Shown in pieces: positions 36,225 to 46,969 of a DNA stretch of 64,000 nucleotides. Below the pieces are notes generated by a model. The model saw only the letters and a program-made list of their open reading frames with translations. It ran no database searches and had not been told where the DNA came from. The stretch is taken from positions 13,761 to 77,760 of IMG/VR virus record IMGVR_UViG_3300022843_000013. One strand, 5' to 3'. Position 1 is the first letter of the stretch. Each line of letters starts with the position of its first letter. This DNA comes from a virus. The translations under genes were made by a program, and so were the position numbers.

Positions 36225-38648
36225 ACCCGTTTCCGTTGTTGATAGCTGACCGTGTATCCTGCCGTCACTGGCAAGCCACGAGTGCAGTCCGTGCTCCTCT
36301 GTTGTCGTATCTCCCGTCTCCGGGTCCTCGTGGCTCGACGCCTCCTTCAGGAAGGCCTTAGCGATGTTACCGACGGCGTTGAGGTCCAGCAGTTGATCCA
36401 GCGCCGACAACTGCTCCGATAGGATCGACAGCGTCTGCTTGTCTACCGCGGGGGTGTAGACCTTCTGACGTTCTGGGGGAAGCTCCAGCACCTTGTCCCA
36501 CGCCATACTTGGCAGGCCCGCCGCTTTCTGGTTCGTCGACTTGATGGGTTCGAGACCTTCGACGGTAAACAACCACCTGCGCATCTGGTCCGGACTTCGG
36601 ATGTTGAACTTCTGAGAGTCCACGAAATGCCGCAGCAAAGACAACCAACTGGACATACCTTTGGAGTCTCCCCCTGCGAACAGGAGCTCCTTTACTTTCT
36701 GAGCGATGGCATTCTCATCTTTTCTGGTGATGTCTCCCTTCATGTTCTGCAGCGCCTTGAAGCCCAACTCTCGAACAATGCGGTTCTGTAGCTTGTTGGC
36801 GGCCTCCTCGTGGATTCGCCTCTGTAGTTTGACCTCAAGCTTATCTCTTGCGAAGGCAAACAGAACCCTCAGGTCGTCCAGCATGGGGACGTCCACTGGT
36901 AGACCCAGCATCGTGAAGTCTGTGAAGACGTCAGTCACGAACGGGTTAAACAGGTTCACGTAGTAGTCCCATAGCGTTTGCGCCTCTAGTTGGCGCCTGA
37001 TAAGCGGGTAGGCCCGAAGGGGGGCGATGACGTCCCGAGCCCCGTAAGGGTGCAGGATCGCGCTAGGGACGAAGCCGTAGCCGCCTTTTACGAGGTCTTT
37101 GTTCTTACGCTTCCACATCACGAGCGCTTGATCATACCGACCGAGGGTCGTGTATTTCATCCCGATGCCGCGCTCTAACCCTAACTCGCTCGATTCGTCA
37201 CACGTCTGCTGGGCGAACTCGGTGTCCATCTCGCAGCGCTGATACACCGTGATGCCTAGCTTGTGATGCATCCACGGGGAGTCGGCAGCGTAGTGGTGCC
37301 CGATGTACTTGGCGTTGATACGAGAGAGCATGTCCGCGAGAGGAGCCCCTACAGCCTTGTAAGCTTTGGCCTCTACCTCGTGGCGACTCTCGTTTCTCCC
37401 TCGAACCGCGCGCACTAGAGCGTCCGTGCGCGACATGGCACGCCGGACGTGCTCGGCGGGAGAACAGTCATCGGCGTTTTCCGAGTGCTTGTCTATCATA
37501 CGACTGAAAAAGTCACCCGTCTCCAGAAGCTGAGGTGCCGGCGTTTCTCTAGTCCAACTATGCTCGTCTCGTCTCACCCACCCCTCCTCGCCCTCCGGAG
37601 GGTCGCCGTCGGCCCAATTCTCGATTATCGCTTTCGAGATTGAAGGTTCGACATTTTTAGGAAAGGGAGGTGACAGGTCCGGCGGTAGATCCGGCGGCGC
37701 GTCCGGGTGGTCGAAGCTCCACTCGTTCTTCTCGTTACGGAACTCAATTACGACCGCGTCCCTTTCAGACCAGGCGAACTGTATTGTTCGCAGCTGCCCG
37801 TCGATGTGCGTGCGGCCGTGCCACTCGCAGTCAACGGCGAGCAGAGGGCAGCCATCGTCCGACCTTATACCGGGCCACTCGTCGGCACCCTGGGACTCGG
37901 GGCAACCGTTGGCAAGGTCCTCGATGCGCGCGATCCAGTCCTCGAGGTCTTGCTCGTTACGCAGGACCTCGTAGTTGACCTGGTCGTTTGGTATGACTCC
38001 GGTCCTCAGGATGTCTACGCGCCGAGCAATCTCCTTAAAGTCCACCCGGAACGTCTCGTAGAAGTCTGGCTTAGTGACCAGCGTGAACGGCGCGTGCATC
38101 AAATAGACGTGCGCTTGATGGTCTTCGGACCAGAACCAGCAACCGTGACCGTCTTTGAATCCGATCTTTTGATCCGACACCATGTCGTAAGCCGGCTTGC
38201 CCATGCAGACGATAATCTTCGGCTTAACGCGTCGGATTTCGTCCTCTAGGACGGGGAGGCCCCACTTCAGTATCTTGGTGGCTGGCTTTGCTCTCCTGGC
38301 CTTAGGGAGGAGCCACTTGCACACGGCAGTGAAGTAGCACGTGTCCATGTCAATCCCGGCGCGTAAGGCTACGTCCCGGATAAGCCCGGTGGACCCTTTC
38401 AAGTATTCCGCCGGCTGGTTAATGCGAAACCCGAATTTGGTCTCGGCTTGATTAGTCGCTTCGTCGTCCTCCACGGAGGCCGTCACGAACATGACGTCGT
38501 ATTGCTCCTGCCCCAATACGGGGGACCGACCGGCGACGTAAAACACGTCATCGATGTGGCGGCTTACCTTCAGTGTCTTCGGGGGCGCACCGTCGTCATA
38601 CGGGGGTTCGACTTCGTCCTGCGCGAACCCCCTTCGTCTGTCGCTCAT
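36225..38648 (-). CDS. polA: family A DNA polymerase, exon 1 (UDG-like domain, 3'-5' exonuclease, start of polymerase)
   Basis: YFTAVCKW...EDEIRRVKPKIIVCMGK (UDG family 4-like), AVDCEW (Exo I), GHHYAAD, YGARDV, FNIRSPDQ, DGRIHG. Confidence 0.9.
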
Positions 38649-39289
38649 GATTCAGTCTTACTCGAATTATCCCGCATGACGTTTTCCGACTTGGGGAGTT
38701 CCTCGTTTCTAGCCCGCACATACGCGCTCATAAAATTACGAGGGGGCGGGCACCCCGCGCGCAAGTATTCAAGCTCCTCCTCCTCAAATGATGAGAAGTC
38801 GAACTTCGCCACGTCGTTCTCCGCCTCTGAGTTGTTAAGCCGTTGCAGCTCGTCCTCCACCACTGAGTTGTTAAGCCGTCGCAGCTCGTCCGCGGCAGCC
38901 AACAAGCAGTGAGCGCCCTTTCGAAGGTCGCCCTCTAGGTCAGACTTGACGCGGAAGGCATATTTCATACCGTCGCATCGCCTGGCATCAACGAAGGCGT
39001 TGCCGCTCGACTCCATTTTCTTCTGGGCGTCCCAAGGAACTCCTACGCCGCTCCCGTAATGCTGGGGCGTTTCCGAGGAGGGCGCGCACTCCCCGTATTC
39101 TTCCGGGGCGACCTTTTGGACATTCTCATCAGCTAATTTCGACGAGGGCGGATGCGAGCAAGAATCGAAAATGGCTTTAATTTCGCGGCTCTTGGCCTGC
39201 TCTAACCGCTTTTGTACAGCGCGGCGGTGGTCGATGAATGCCTGGAAGATGACGTCTTCTGACGCTGACTTAATTTGTTCTTTGTTCAT
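38645..39289 (-). CDS. hypothetical protein
   Basis: 214-aa ORF with an internal DELxRLNNS repeat. Confidence 0.6.
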   Translation of the reverse strand: MNKEQIKSASEDVIFQAFIDHRRAVQKRLEQAKSREIKAIFDSCSHPPSSKLADENVQKVAPEEYGECAPSSETPQHYGSGVGVPWDAQKKMESSGNAFVDARRCDGMKYAFRVKSDLEGDLRKGAHCLLAAADELRRLNNSVVEDELQRLNNSEAENDVAKFDFSSFEEEELEYLRAGCPPPRNFMSAYVRARNEELPKSENVMRDNSSKTES

Positions 39290-39293
39290 TATA

Positions 39294-40934
39294 TTATTTT
39301 TTTTGTTGGCGCACTTTCCGATAGAAATCGACAGCGTGCGGATCTGTTTTCACTTCAAAGTTAGAGCTCGTAAGGACAAGTCCCCGAGCCGTTCGCAGCC
39401 TAGACATGCCGACGTAAGCCTGACCAGCTGCAAAAACAGAATCTAGGTGCACGATCGCCCTGTCCAGCGACATACCTTGAGACTTGTGGAGGGTGATAGA
39501 ACTCGCTGGTATTAATGGGAACTGCTTCAGCACCGGGTAGCGGTGCGTCAGGGATTGCTTGCCGTCGATAACCACAGACATCATTTCGTCCCGGTCTTCC
39601 TTGTCGTTTCGAGTGTATACGAACCTTGGGAGGTAGATCAGGCGCGTCCCGCTTGGTTTATCTTTGTCCGGCACCTCAACATAGACGCAGTATTTGTCGT
39701 CGTCCTCTCGCATCGCCGCTGGCGGACCTTCCTGCGGCGAGCTGTCTGGTGGCGGCCCGTAGCCCTTGATGACGCCTCGGGTTCCGTTGAAATACAATCC
39801 CTTGCTATGGTTGACAGTGAAGAGCACTGGGGTCCCGATTCGAAGGTCTAAACTGTCCCATAGGTGGGAACGACTACCGACCAGCTTGCTTCTAGCCTTT
39901 GAGACCGTATCGTCCGCCCACCTCATCTGCTGCTCTAAGACAACGAAATTCGGAGGGAAGGACTTGGTCGGTGCCGGGAACCTCCCCAGGGCCTGCGCGT
40001 TAAGATCCTTGCACTGCGCGTTGTGGGAAACCAGGAAAGAGTAGTCCGGGACCTCCTCCATCGTTAGTGTCCGCACAAAGCTCTGAACGTAGGCAGGATC
40101 GACCGGATCGCCCATGCGCACCTTGTTGAGAAACTCCGCAAACTCCCTGTCGGCTTGTCGGAATATCTTCGTGAGCTCTATGGTTTGCACGTTGGCGTCA
40201 GACCACACCGGAGCGAGGAAGGCCCAGTCTGGGGCGTGGCGCGGTTCGCCCTTTTCCACGGGAGGCGCCTGACAAAAGTCGCCCACATGGATTAGCTGCA
40301 CGCCGCCGTAAGGAAGGTCCTTTTCTCGAACTCGACGAAGCATGAAGTCGATGTAGCCGAGTAGGCCAACGCCGGCAGCCTGAGATACTTCGTCTAGGAT
40401 CAGAACCTCCAGACTACGGAGACGCTTAAAGAGCGGCGTTCTGATTCTCGGCTTAGTCGCCAGATTGTCCGCCCAGCTATCGTAGGAAGTCTCGTAGACT
40501 TTGAGTATTCTCTCCGGTGTCAGATCTTGCGGGTGCGGCTCCATCGGAGAAAACCGAATCGTCGAGGGGAAGATTCCGAGGTATGAGTGCACTGTCCGAC
40601 CTCCCATGTGACTACCGGCGATGCCGGTGGTGGCGCAGACCCCAAACATCAGACCTCGGTGGTCAAGCTCAGGTATGATGACGTTGTTGATAAGTGCCGT
40701 CTTACCGGTCCCGGCTCCTCCGGTAATAAACACGTTTTCGTGATTCTGGAATATTCGAATCATCGCGTCTCGGTGCTCATCGGTTATCTCAAAGTCCTCG
40801 GTCTGGGATCCGTAGGCCTTGAGCCTGTTCTCTAACTCCGGTGTCGATACGTTGACGCGGGTCTTTTCTCTTGCTGCGCCTGATGAACCAGCATCACGCT
40901 GGCTATCAAGGAATTTTTTTACTTCTGGGCTCAT
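39294..40934 (-). CDS. PIF1/RecD-like SF1B helicase
   Basis: ITGGAGTGKT, ATTGIA, ILDEVS, GDFCQAPPV, IFRQ, NGTRG, ITLHKSQGMSL, YVGMSR. Confidence 0.92.
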   Translation of the reverse strand: MSPEVKKFLDSQRDAGSSGAAREKTRVNVSTPELENRLKAYGSQTEDFEITDEHRDAMIRIFQNHENVFITGGAGTGKTALINNVIIPELDHRGLMFGVCATTGIAGSHMGGRTVHSYLGIFPSTIRFSPMEPHPQDLTPERILKVYETSYDSWADNLATKPRIRTPLFKRLRSLEVLILDEVSQAAGVGLLGYIDFMLRRVREKDLPYGGVQLIHVGDFCQAPPVEKGEPRHAPDWAFLAPVWSDANVQTIELTKIFRQADREFAEFLNKVRMGDPVDPAYVQSFVRTLTMEEVPDYSFLVSHNAQCKDLNAQALGRFPAPTKSFPPNFVVLEQQMRWADDTVSKARSKLVGSRSHLWDSLDLRIGTPVLFTVNHSKGLYFNGTRGVIKGYGPPPDSSPQEGPPAAMREDDDKYCVYVEVPDKDKPSGTRLIYLPRFVYTRNDKEDRDEMMSVVIDGKQSLTHRYPVLKQFPLIPASSITLHKSQGMSLDRAIVHLDSVFAAGQAYVGMSRLRTARGLVLTSSNFEVKTDPHAVDFYRKVRQQKK

Positions 40935-40935
40935 G

Positions 40936-41733
40936 TTATTTTGTAATGACTGTGTGTTTCGATCCTACTTTTCCATAGGTGTGCTTGACTCCTTCTTCTC
41001 GCATCCTCTTCATGGCGGAGCTCCCCTCGGACCCCTTAGGCTGCATTCCGTGAATCAAAAGAGCGAAAGATCGACCGTTACCGCGAGCGAGAGAGTCGTC
41101 GTGATCAATCTCCAGTCCGAGAGCGTCGGCCTCATCCGGGTGGTAGACGACTTTAGCGCTTCTGAGGTTGTTCCCCTCGATCATGGCGTCCCACTTTCCT
41201 CCGAGGGATGCCGTTAGAATGAGGTTCTCAGGAACAACGTCCCGGTTCTTGACCCACACGGGAAGGTTCTTGGTATAGGCGTAGAACAGACGCGTCGGAT
41301 TCATCTCGGCTGCTCTTACCCAGGCTAGGAAATAAGCTTGGCTGTAGAAGTCCCCGTCCGCGTGAATGCGGATGTTCTTGAACTTTTCCTTCGGTAGGGA
41401 TTTGCTAATAAGCGCGGCCATGCCCACGGTGGTTTTGGCCTTCTTTAGTCGGGCCAGGTTAAGGTCGACCGATCTTCGAACGCCGGGGAACGCGGCCTCT
41501 AGGGAAGCTGCGAAGCATCTGAACTTGGCCTTAGGACCGTCGACGAGTTTATTTGCGTCGCGGTCGAAGTGCGCCAGGCAGTCGCAAGCCCCGGGGCACG
41601 TGTAGCCGGCGGGGAGGGAGAAGGCCGCCGTGTTGCTCTTGATGAGCTTAGCGTTCTTCAGGTTAAAATAGAGGTTCTCAGGATCAGTAGGTTTGATTTC
41701 TGGGAGGTTTAGTTTGTTGAATGGATTTGACAT
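40936..41733 (-). CDS. Gp88-like protein
   Basis: FSLPAGYTCPGA..C, CFAA, RIHADGDF, FYAYTK. Confidence 0.7.
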   Translation of the reverse strand: MSNPFNKLNLPEIKPTDPENLYFNLKNAKLIKSNTAAFSLPAGYTCPGACDCLAHFDRDANKLVDGPKAKFRCFAASLEAAFPGVRRSVDLNLARLKKAKTTVGMAALISKSLPKEKFKNIRIHADGDFYSQAYFLAWVRAAEMNPTRLFYAYTKNLPVWVKNRDVVPENLILTASLGGKWDAMIEGNNLRSAKVVYHPDEADALGLEIDHDDSLARGNGRSFALLIHGMQPKGSEGSSAMKRMREEGVKHTYGKVGSKHTVITK

Positions 41734-41746
41734 GGTATTTTTGTTT

Positions 41747-43201
41747 TTATGATCCGCGCAAGAATGCTTTCTTTGCGCGGGAAAGGGTTATTTGAAATTG
41801 CGCCGGAGTCATTGACCCCAGGTCTTTACCCGCGGGTATTTGAAGCTGCAGCACTCCCAGGAGAACTGGGGCGCGATGCTTTGCTTCCATAAGAGTCTTA
41901 TTAATCTTGGCGGTAGCCTCCCGTCCCGCCCTATCCGAGTCGAACGCGGAAAAGACAATGTGGAAGTTTGACGCGATCTTTGCGGCGTTGTCTTGGCTAA
42001 GGGATGAGCCTAGGATTGCTAACCCCCCGGGTCCTACGCGTGCGGCGTCGAGCGGTCCCTCGCAAAGGACAACCCAAGGGTGATCTTCCCCCGAACTTAC
42101 AGTTTTCTGCATCGCGGCGTCCCACCCCATGATGCTACGGGCTGAGTGTTTAGCCGTCCGGTATTTGGAGGGTTTAAATTTAGCACCTCCCGTGGATGTA
42201 AGCTCGTCGAACGGGGCGATAGGCATCCACGGAGAAGATGGATTAGCACGCGTGTGCGTCCGGCTCCACAGGTATCCCCACGATCCTTCCCCGTCCGGTA
42301 TGCACTGGAATTCTCCCGATAAACCCCCGCGCCTGGTGTCCCTCTCGACTCGCGCGGCGTCCTTGGTGGGGAAGTAACCTCCCGCGTAAGGGTGCAGCAT
42401 GTATTTGATGTAATCGTTCTCTTTTTCTATGACTCGGGCCTGCCAGGTCATAGGTACCCCATCTATGATGCTGTAGAAGATGACCCGGTTCTGCGGCGTG
42501 TCTCTCCACCCACCCGGCATCCTGCGATAAAAGATATTCTTCTCGCCGTGCGGAAATTCCTTAGTGCAAAATATGCAACGAAACTGTTTCTCCAGGTCCT
42601 TGATGTCGTAGTTTCGACGCCTCAAATAATCGATAGCGGGGTGGTCGTCGGGAAGGTCCGACAACTTGATGCCTTCTCCGGGAGGTGGCGGGCACATCAC
42701 TCCGGTCTTTTCGTCCTCTATCCAAAAAGATTCTCGATCAGCCCCGCCTACCTTACCTGAGACTCCGGCGTTGGTTCGAATATCTGGGTGCCTAGATTCG
42801 ACCGTGCTCATGTTCAGAAGATCTTGTATCGGGAACCGGTGCGGCGACCGGCTGGACCTGGTTCGCATACAGATCGACGACCCATACTCGTTCTTCTTGC
42901 CTTGATTCAGGGCGTCCATGATCGTCGTCGGTAAGAATATGTTCTTTTTGACCTTCTGGAACTGCTCACCGACACCGGCGAGCATACTGAGATTGATAGA
43001 ATACTTAGGTTCGTCTACCTCTCTCTGCTTGTGGGTGTGCAGGCATTCCGGGCACGGGATGGCCAGGTGGTAACCGTTCGCCTCCCGCGACAGAACTCCA
43101 GCGCACCCCTGCGCTTCTGTTATTCTCTTGGCCCATGACTTAATTTCGGGCGGGGCGTGCAACGCGCTTTCGTTTGTTTTTACTCCTACTTCGTCGCTCA
43201 T
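41747..43201 (-). CDS. DNA primase (zinc finger plus TOPRIM)
   Basis: CPEC, YLRRR, LCEGPLDA, AILGS, FDSDRAG, KDLG; start MSDEV coupled to the upstream stop. Confidence 0.85.
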   Translation of the reverse strand: MSDEVGVKTNESALHAPPEIKSWAKRITEAQGCAGVLSREANGYHLAIPCPECLHTHKQREVDEPKYSINLSMLAGVGEQFQKVKKNIFLPTTIMDALNQGKKNEYGSSICMRTRSSRSPHRFPIQDLLNMSTVESRHPDIRTNAGVSGKVGGADRESFWIEDEKTGVMCPPPPGEGIKLSDLPDDHPAIDYLRRRNYDIKDLEKQFRCIFCTKEFPHGEKNIFYRRMPGGWRDTPQNRVIFYSIIDGVPMTWQARVIEKENDYIKYMLHPYAGGYFPTKDAARVERDTRRGGLSGEFQCIPDGEGSWGYLWSRTHTRANPSSPWMPIAPFDELTSTGGAKFKPSKYRTAKHSARSIMGWDAAMQKTVSSGEDHPWVVLCEGPLDAARVGPGGLAILGSSLSQDNAAKIASNFHIVFSAFDSDRAGREATAKINKTLMEAKHRAPVLLGVLQLQIPAGKDLGSMTPAQFQITLSRAKKAFLRGS

Positions 43202-43512
43202 GGTGCCTCGGGGGTTTTGTCGCTCATTTTTTCCCTGACATATCCCCAGATGCTGCGCCTGTAGTAATCCGCGCGCTCCGCCCCCTGCGTGCGTGCTAGG
43301 ATCCACCTGCCGCGCCTCGCGCTTATGGTTTTTATTCTTCGGAATCCGTTACCGCGAAAGTTTTTACCCTCCGTGTCTACCACGTCGTATCTCGGCGGGT
43401 CGTAGTGCGGGGCTGTTACGCCTGCGTAGAATCCCACGGCCCAGTGGTCCTGCGGGTTTCCGTCTCTGTATTTTGTGGCGATAACGTAGTCGCCTATTTT
43501 TATTTCTTTCAT
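43198..43512 (-). CDS. hypothetical protein
   Basis: 104-aa ORF. Confidence 0.7.
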   Translation of the reverse strand: MKEIKIGDYVIATKYRDGNPQDHWAVGFYAGVTAPHYDPPRYDVVDTEGKNFRGNGFRRIKTISARRGRWILARTQGAERADYYRRSIWGYVREKMSDKTPEAP

Positions 43513-43516
43513 GTTT

Positions 43517-45301
43517 TCAGTGTTTGCAGGTTTCGCCCCACGTGTTTGCGAAGCCGAGCGCGTCGGCGTTTACCCAGTTCCTAGCTTCTGATCCGTCTCT
43601 GCGCCTGCGCACCCAAAGGTTTATACCTCCATGATTCGCCGGACAGTCCGGGTCGCTGGTGATGCTCTCAATCTCATCCGCAAAGGGCCCCCCGCGAAGC
43701 TCAAGTTCTTCGCCGTGCGTCTCCATGAGTCTAGGGACGTGTTTAATCTCCTCGGGCGTGAGCATGTGCAGCGGTATTAGCGGCAGATAGGATCCATCGG
43801 AGTCGAACTGCTCAGCCTTTTCCTTGATCACGCAGTAGACCTTGTAGGCGTCCGTCGGAGAGATAAGACTCGGCGCTTCCGCGTGAGACTCTGCTGCCTC
43901 CTCATACTCGCTCACGGCCTCCTCGGCGCTGAGCGGCTCCGGCTCCGTAGCCACACTGTAAGCGCGCGTGGCGTTACCGATCTGGCACTGAGCCACTCCT
44001 ACCATCTCCACCAATTGTCCTCGCTCTACCAACCTGTCGACCAACCCATTAGTCAGACCGGGCGTCGCTCGGATAGCGCCCCTTGAAAACTTACCTCCGC
44101 GGTCCCCAGCAAGTTTAAGCGCCGCAGCCAATGCGCCCTCCATTTTGGCTTCGCTCCAGAAGGCCTCCGTGGCTTTCACGGCGTTGGCCGCCCTATTCTC
44201 TAGGAGGTGCAACCCGCTGGAGAGTTCGAAGATCACACGGGCGAACTTCTTGGCCGCCTCGAGGTGATACTTGTTCAGCTCAATAGACGGGGGGCACGTG
44301 TCACCCGTCATTAGCTCAAGGAACGCCAGCGTCATAGCGGCGCGACTGCCAAACAGTACGCAGACCTCAGCTGACGCCGGTGCGTCCTCGCATGAAAATA
44401 CTTGGTTATCGGTTAGGCCGCCCTCGCGGTCCGCCAGATCCTCGACTCCCCACGACATCATGCTGTCCCACTCCTCCCGGCAGTCCGGGTGTATCGTCAC
44501 CTTGATGCGGTCCTCAACGGGATCCTTACCCCGCACGAAGACGCGGTCCATCAGTGACAGGATCTTGCGGGGCTCGGTCACGTAAGCTTTACGAACCTTC
44601 CGCGTCGGGATAATCACGGCGCTGCCTGCTATCACGCTCCCCGACGTCGTCGTATTTACGCGATCTATTAGCTTTTCCGCAGTGCTGTGATGGCAGCTGC
44701 AGAAGTGGTTGAAAGCGGACGACTCCCCGTTGAGGGTGTAAATTAACGCACCACCGGTATTATTTGATCGTATGAGTGCCTCGTCGGTCGTCCCCTCGGT
44801 GAGTGTGACCCAAGAAAAATCGTCCGCTAGCCGAGCGCTCGCGCACATGGACGCAGAAAGTCGACTGCCGACTTGATCCACGTAAGTAAAGGCACCGTAA
44901 GTCGATCTCTTCAGCAGCTCAACTAGCGTGGATTTACTAGTGTTCTCGGCTTTCCACGTCACGCTTTGAAAACTACCCGCAGACTCCTTCAACTCATTGA
45001 TCGACTTAACAAGAGTTGGGTCCGGGGAGTCGAAAGGGTTGCTCTTAAGAAACCCCTTGAGCTTGGCCTCCATCGACGCAAGTTGCTCTTTTATCTGAGC
45101 GTTTTGCTCGTTGTGAGCAAGTCGAAACTTAGACTCGGCCTCTTTGAATGTGCCCATCGAGCTGGACGGTAAAGCGGACGTGAAAACCATACCCCGCGCA
45201 GCCGGGAACGGTGATACATACCCACGCCCTAACGCCGAATGGACGAGAAGAAGCTCGGAAAGTAGCGACGCCTCTGCGTCGAGATTGTGGTTGTTTTTCA
45301 T
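43517..45301 (-). CDS. hypothetical protein
   Basis: 594-aa ORF with no motif recognised. Confidence 0.75.
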   Translation of the reverse strand: MKNNHNLDAEASLLSELLLVHSALGRGYVSPFPAARGMVFTSALPSSSMGTFKEAESKFRLAHNEQNAQIKEQLASMEAKLKGFLKSNPFDSPDPTLVKSINELKESAGSFQSVTWKAENTSKSTLVELLKRSTYGAFTYVDQVGSRLSASMCASARLADDFSWVTLTEGTTDEALIRSNNTGGALIYTLNGESSAFNHFCSCHHSTAEKLIDRVNTTTSGSVIAGSAVIIPTRKVRKAYVTEPRKILSLMDRVFVRGKDPVEDRIKVTIHPDCREEWDSMMSWGVEDLADREGGLTDNQVFSCEDAPASAEVCVLFGSRAAMTLAFLELMTGDTCPPSIELNKYHLEAAKKFARVIFELSSGLHLLENRAANAVKATEAFWSEAKMEGALAAALKLAGDRGGKFSRGAIRATPGLTNGLVDRLVERGQLVEMVGVAQCQIGNATRAYSVATEPEPLSAEEAVSEYEEAAESHAEAPSLISPTDAYKVYCVIKEKAEQFDSDGSYLPLIPLHMLTPEEIKHVPRLMETHGEELELRGGPFADEIESITSDPDCPANHGGINLWVRRRRDGSEARNWVNADALGFANTWGETCKH

Positions 45302-45583
45302 TTTTGGTGTTTGAGCGTTAGCTCCCGTGGTTTGTTAATCTAAAGCATGATACGAACGCACCCCACGCGGGTTTTTATCATGTTGCTGAGTAATCCTTAA
45401 TCCACACCACTGGGGAGCGTCAAACTAAAACTCACAAAGTGTCATTACTTGTTGACCGGTCGTCGATCGCGGGACTATAGTCCGCCCAGAAGGTGCAGCG
45501 CTTTACTGGTTAGTGGTTTGTTACAACTTTTTGGTTTCACGCGCCACCTTCACCCCACCTTGAAACGCCGACTTGGATAATAC

Positions 45584-46740
45584 CGAGTCGGCGTTTCTGT
45601 TTAAAAGAAGAACGAACCGGGGCGATCGTTGCACAACGCAAAACCGCGTTATTGGTGAAGCAACGGCTGTTGCATTTACGTAAGTCCATAGTAATCAAGG
45701 TCTTAAACGTTGTAAAACCACAAAACCCGATCCCTACGTGCGTGTATGCGTATTATTGTTTTTCTACGCGGAGGATCGGGTTTTGTGGTTTTACAACGTT
45801 TAAAGAACTACACGACAGTGCGTTATGAAGATGTAATATCCGTTGCTAACGCGTTTACGTGAAAACGCACCTACAAACATTACCCCGGAATCGACTACTT
45901 TGTAATGTCTGTGTGATTACTTTGTAAATATTCTTTGCGCATCCGGTAGACTAGGGACCGAGACACCCCGGGCAGTTCCGTCTTGCTACGCCCCTATCTA
46001 GGTCGAAGTCCGTGAAGCTGAATGCCCGGCAACCCTTGCGATGCGGTTTAATGCTCCCAGCAGCCTCTGCACGGAGCCGCGCGGCTACATTGCTACAAAC
46101 TCCGGTCTCAGCCATGATCTCTGCGTGTGGGCGCCCTCACTACTCCCGGGAAGTATGTCAGTTCGAGACTCGTCGATCTCGTGAGATTTGCGAGTCGGCG
46201 TTTCTGTTTAAAAGAAGAACGAACCGGGGCGATCGTTGCACAACGCAAAACCGCGTTATTGGTGAAGCAACGGCTGTTGCATTTACGTAAGTCCATAGTA
46301 ATCAAGGTCTTAAACGTTGTAAAACCACAAAACCCGATCCCTACGTGCGTGTATGCGTATTATTGTTTTTCTACGCGGAGGATCGGGTTTTGTGGTTTTA
46401 CAACGTTTAAAGAACTACACGACAGTGCGTTATGAAGATGTAATATCCGTTGCTAACGCGTTTACGTGAAAACGCACCTACAAACATTACCCCGGAATCG
46501 ACTACTTTGTAATGTCTGTGTGATTACTTTGTAAATATTCTTTGCGCATCCGGTAGACTAGGGGCCGAGACACCCCGGTCAATTCCATGATCTTTTTAGT
46601 GCTCAGGGACTTCCAGTCTAGGTCGAAGTCCGTGAAGCTGAATGCCCGGCGACCCTTGCGGTGCGGTTTAATGCTCGCAGCAGCCTCTGCACGGAGCCGC
46701 ACGGCTACATTGCTACAAACTCCGGTCTCAGTCATGATCG
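45584..46740. repeat. 607-bp-period tandem duplication containing a perfect 31-bp inverted repeat; candidate origin or regulatory region
   Basis: 45584-45955 repeats at 46191-46562, then the copies diverge; IR arms at 45703-45733 and 45773-45803, repeated at +607. Confidence 0.85.
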
Positions 46741-46969
46741 ACCTGTATGAGGCCGTCCAGTCCGCTCCCGGAAAGTCTGTCAACCGAAGCCGCGACGCTC
46801 GCTCCAGTTTGGTAGGGCGCATGCCGTTAAAGCTGTGCCGTATGCCTATGCGCCTCCTCTGAGATTTTATAGAATCAGTGTCGCGCCCACGCAACGCAGA
46901 GAAGGCAAGAACGATAGCCGGCACCGGGCACGTAAGGAACTTGATTTCCGATGCTGCCCAATTATTCAT
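46502..46969 (-). CDS. small basic HTH-repeat protein
   Basis: SYRSIMTETGVCSNVAVRLR and STKKIMELTGVSRPLVYRMR. Confidence 0.6.
   Translation of the reverse strand: MNNWAASEIKFLTCPVPAIVLAFSALRGRDTDSIKSQRRRIGIRHSFNGMRPTKLERASRLRLTDFPGADWTASYRSIMTETGVCSNVAVRLRAEAAASIKPHRKGRRAFSFTDFDLDWKSLSTKKIMELTGVSRPLVYRMRKEYLQSNHTDITK

Noticed and set aside
33853-38648. Two independent polymerase genes or a pseudogene
   Set aside because: The intervening sequence has group I intron hallmarks, and its removal restores a conserved in-frame motif.
45956-46740. Diversity-generating retroelement TR/VR pair
   Set aside because: Differences between the copies are not adenine-specific (they include C/G, G/T and an indel), and no reverse transcriptase is present.
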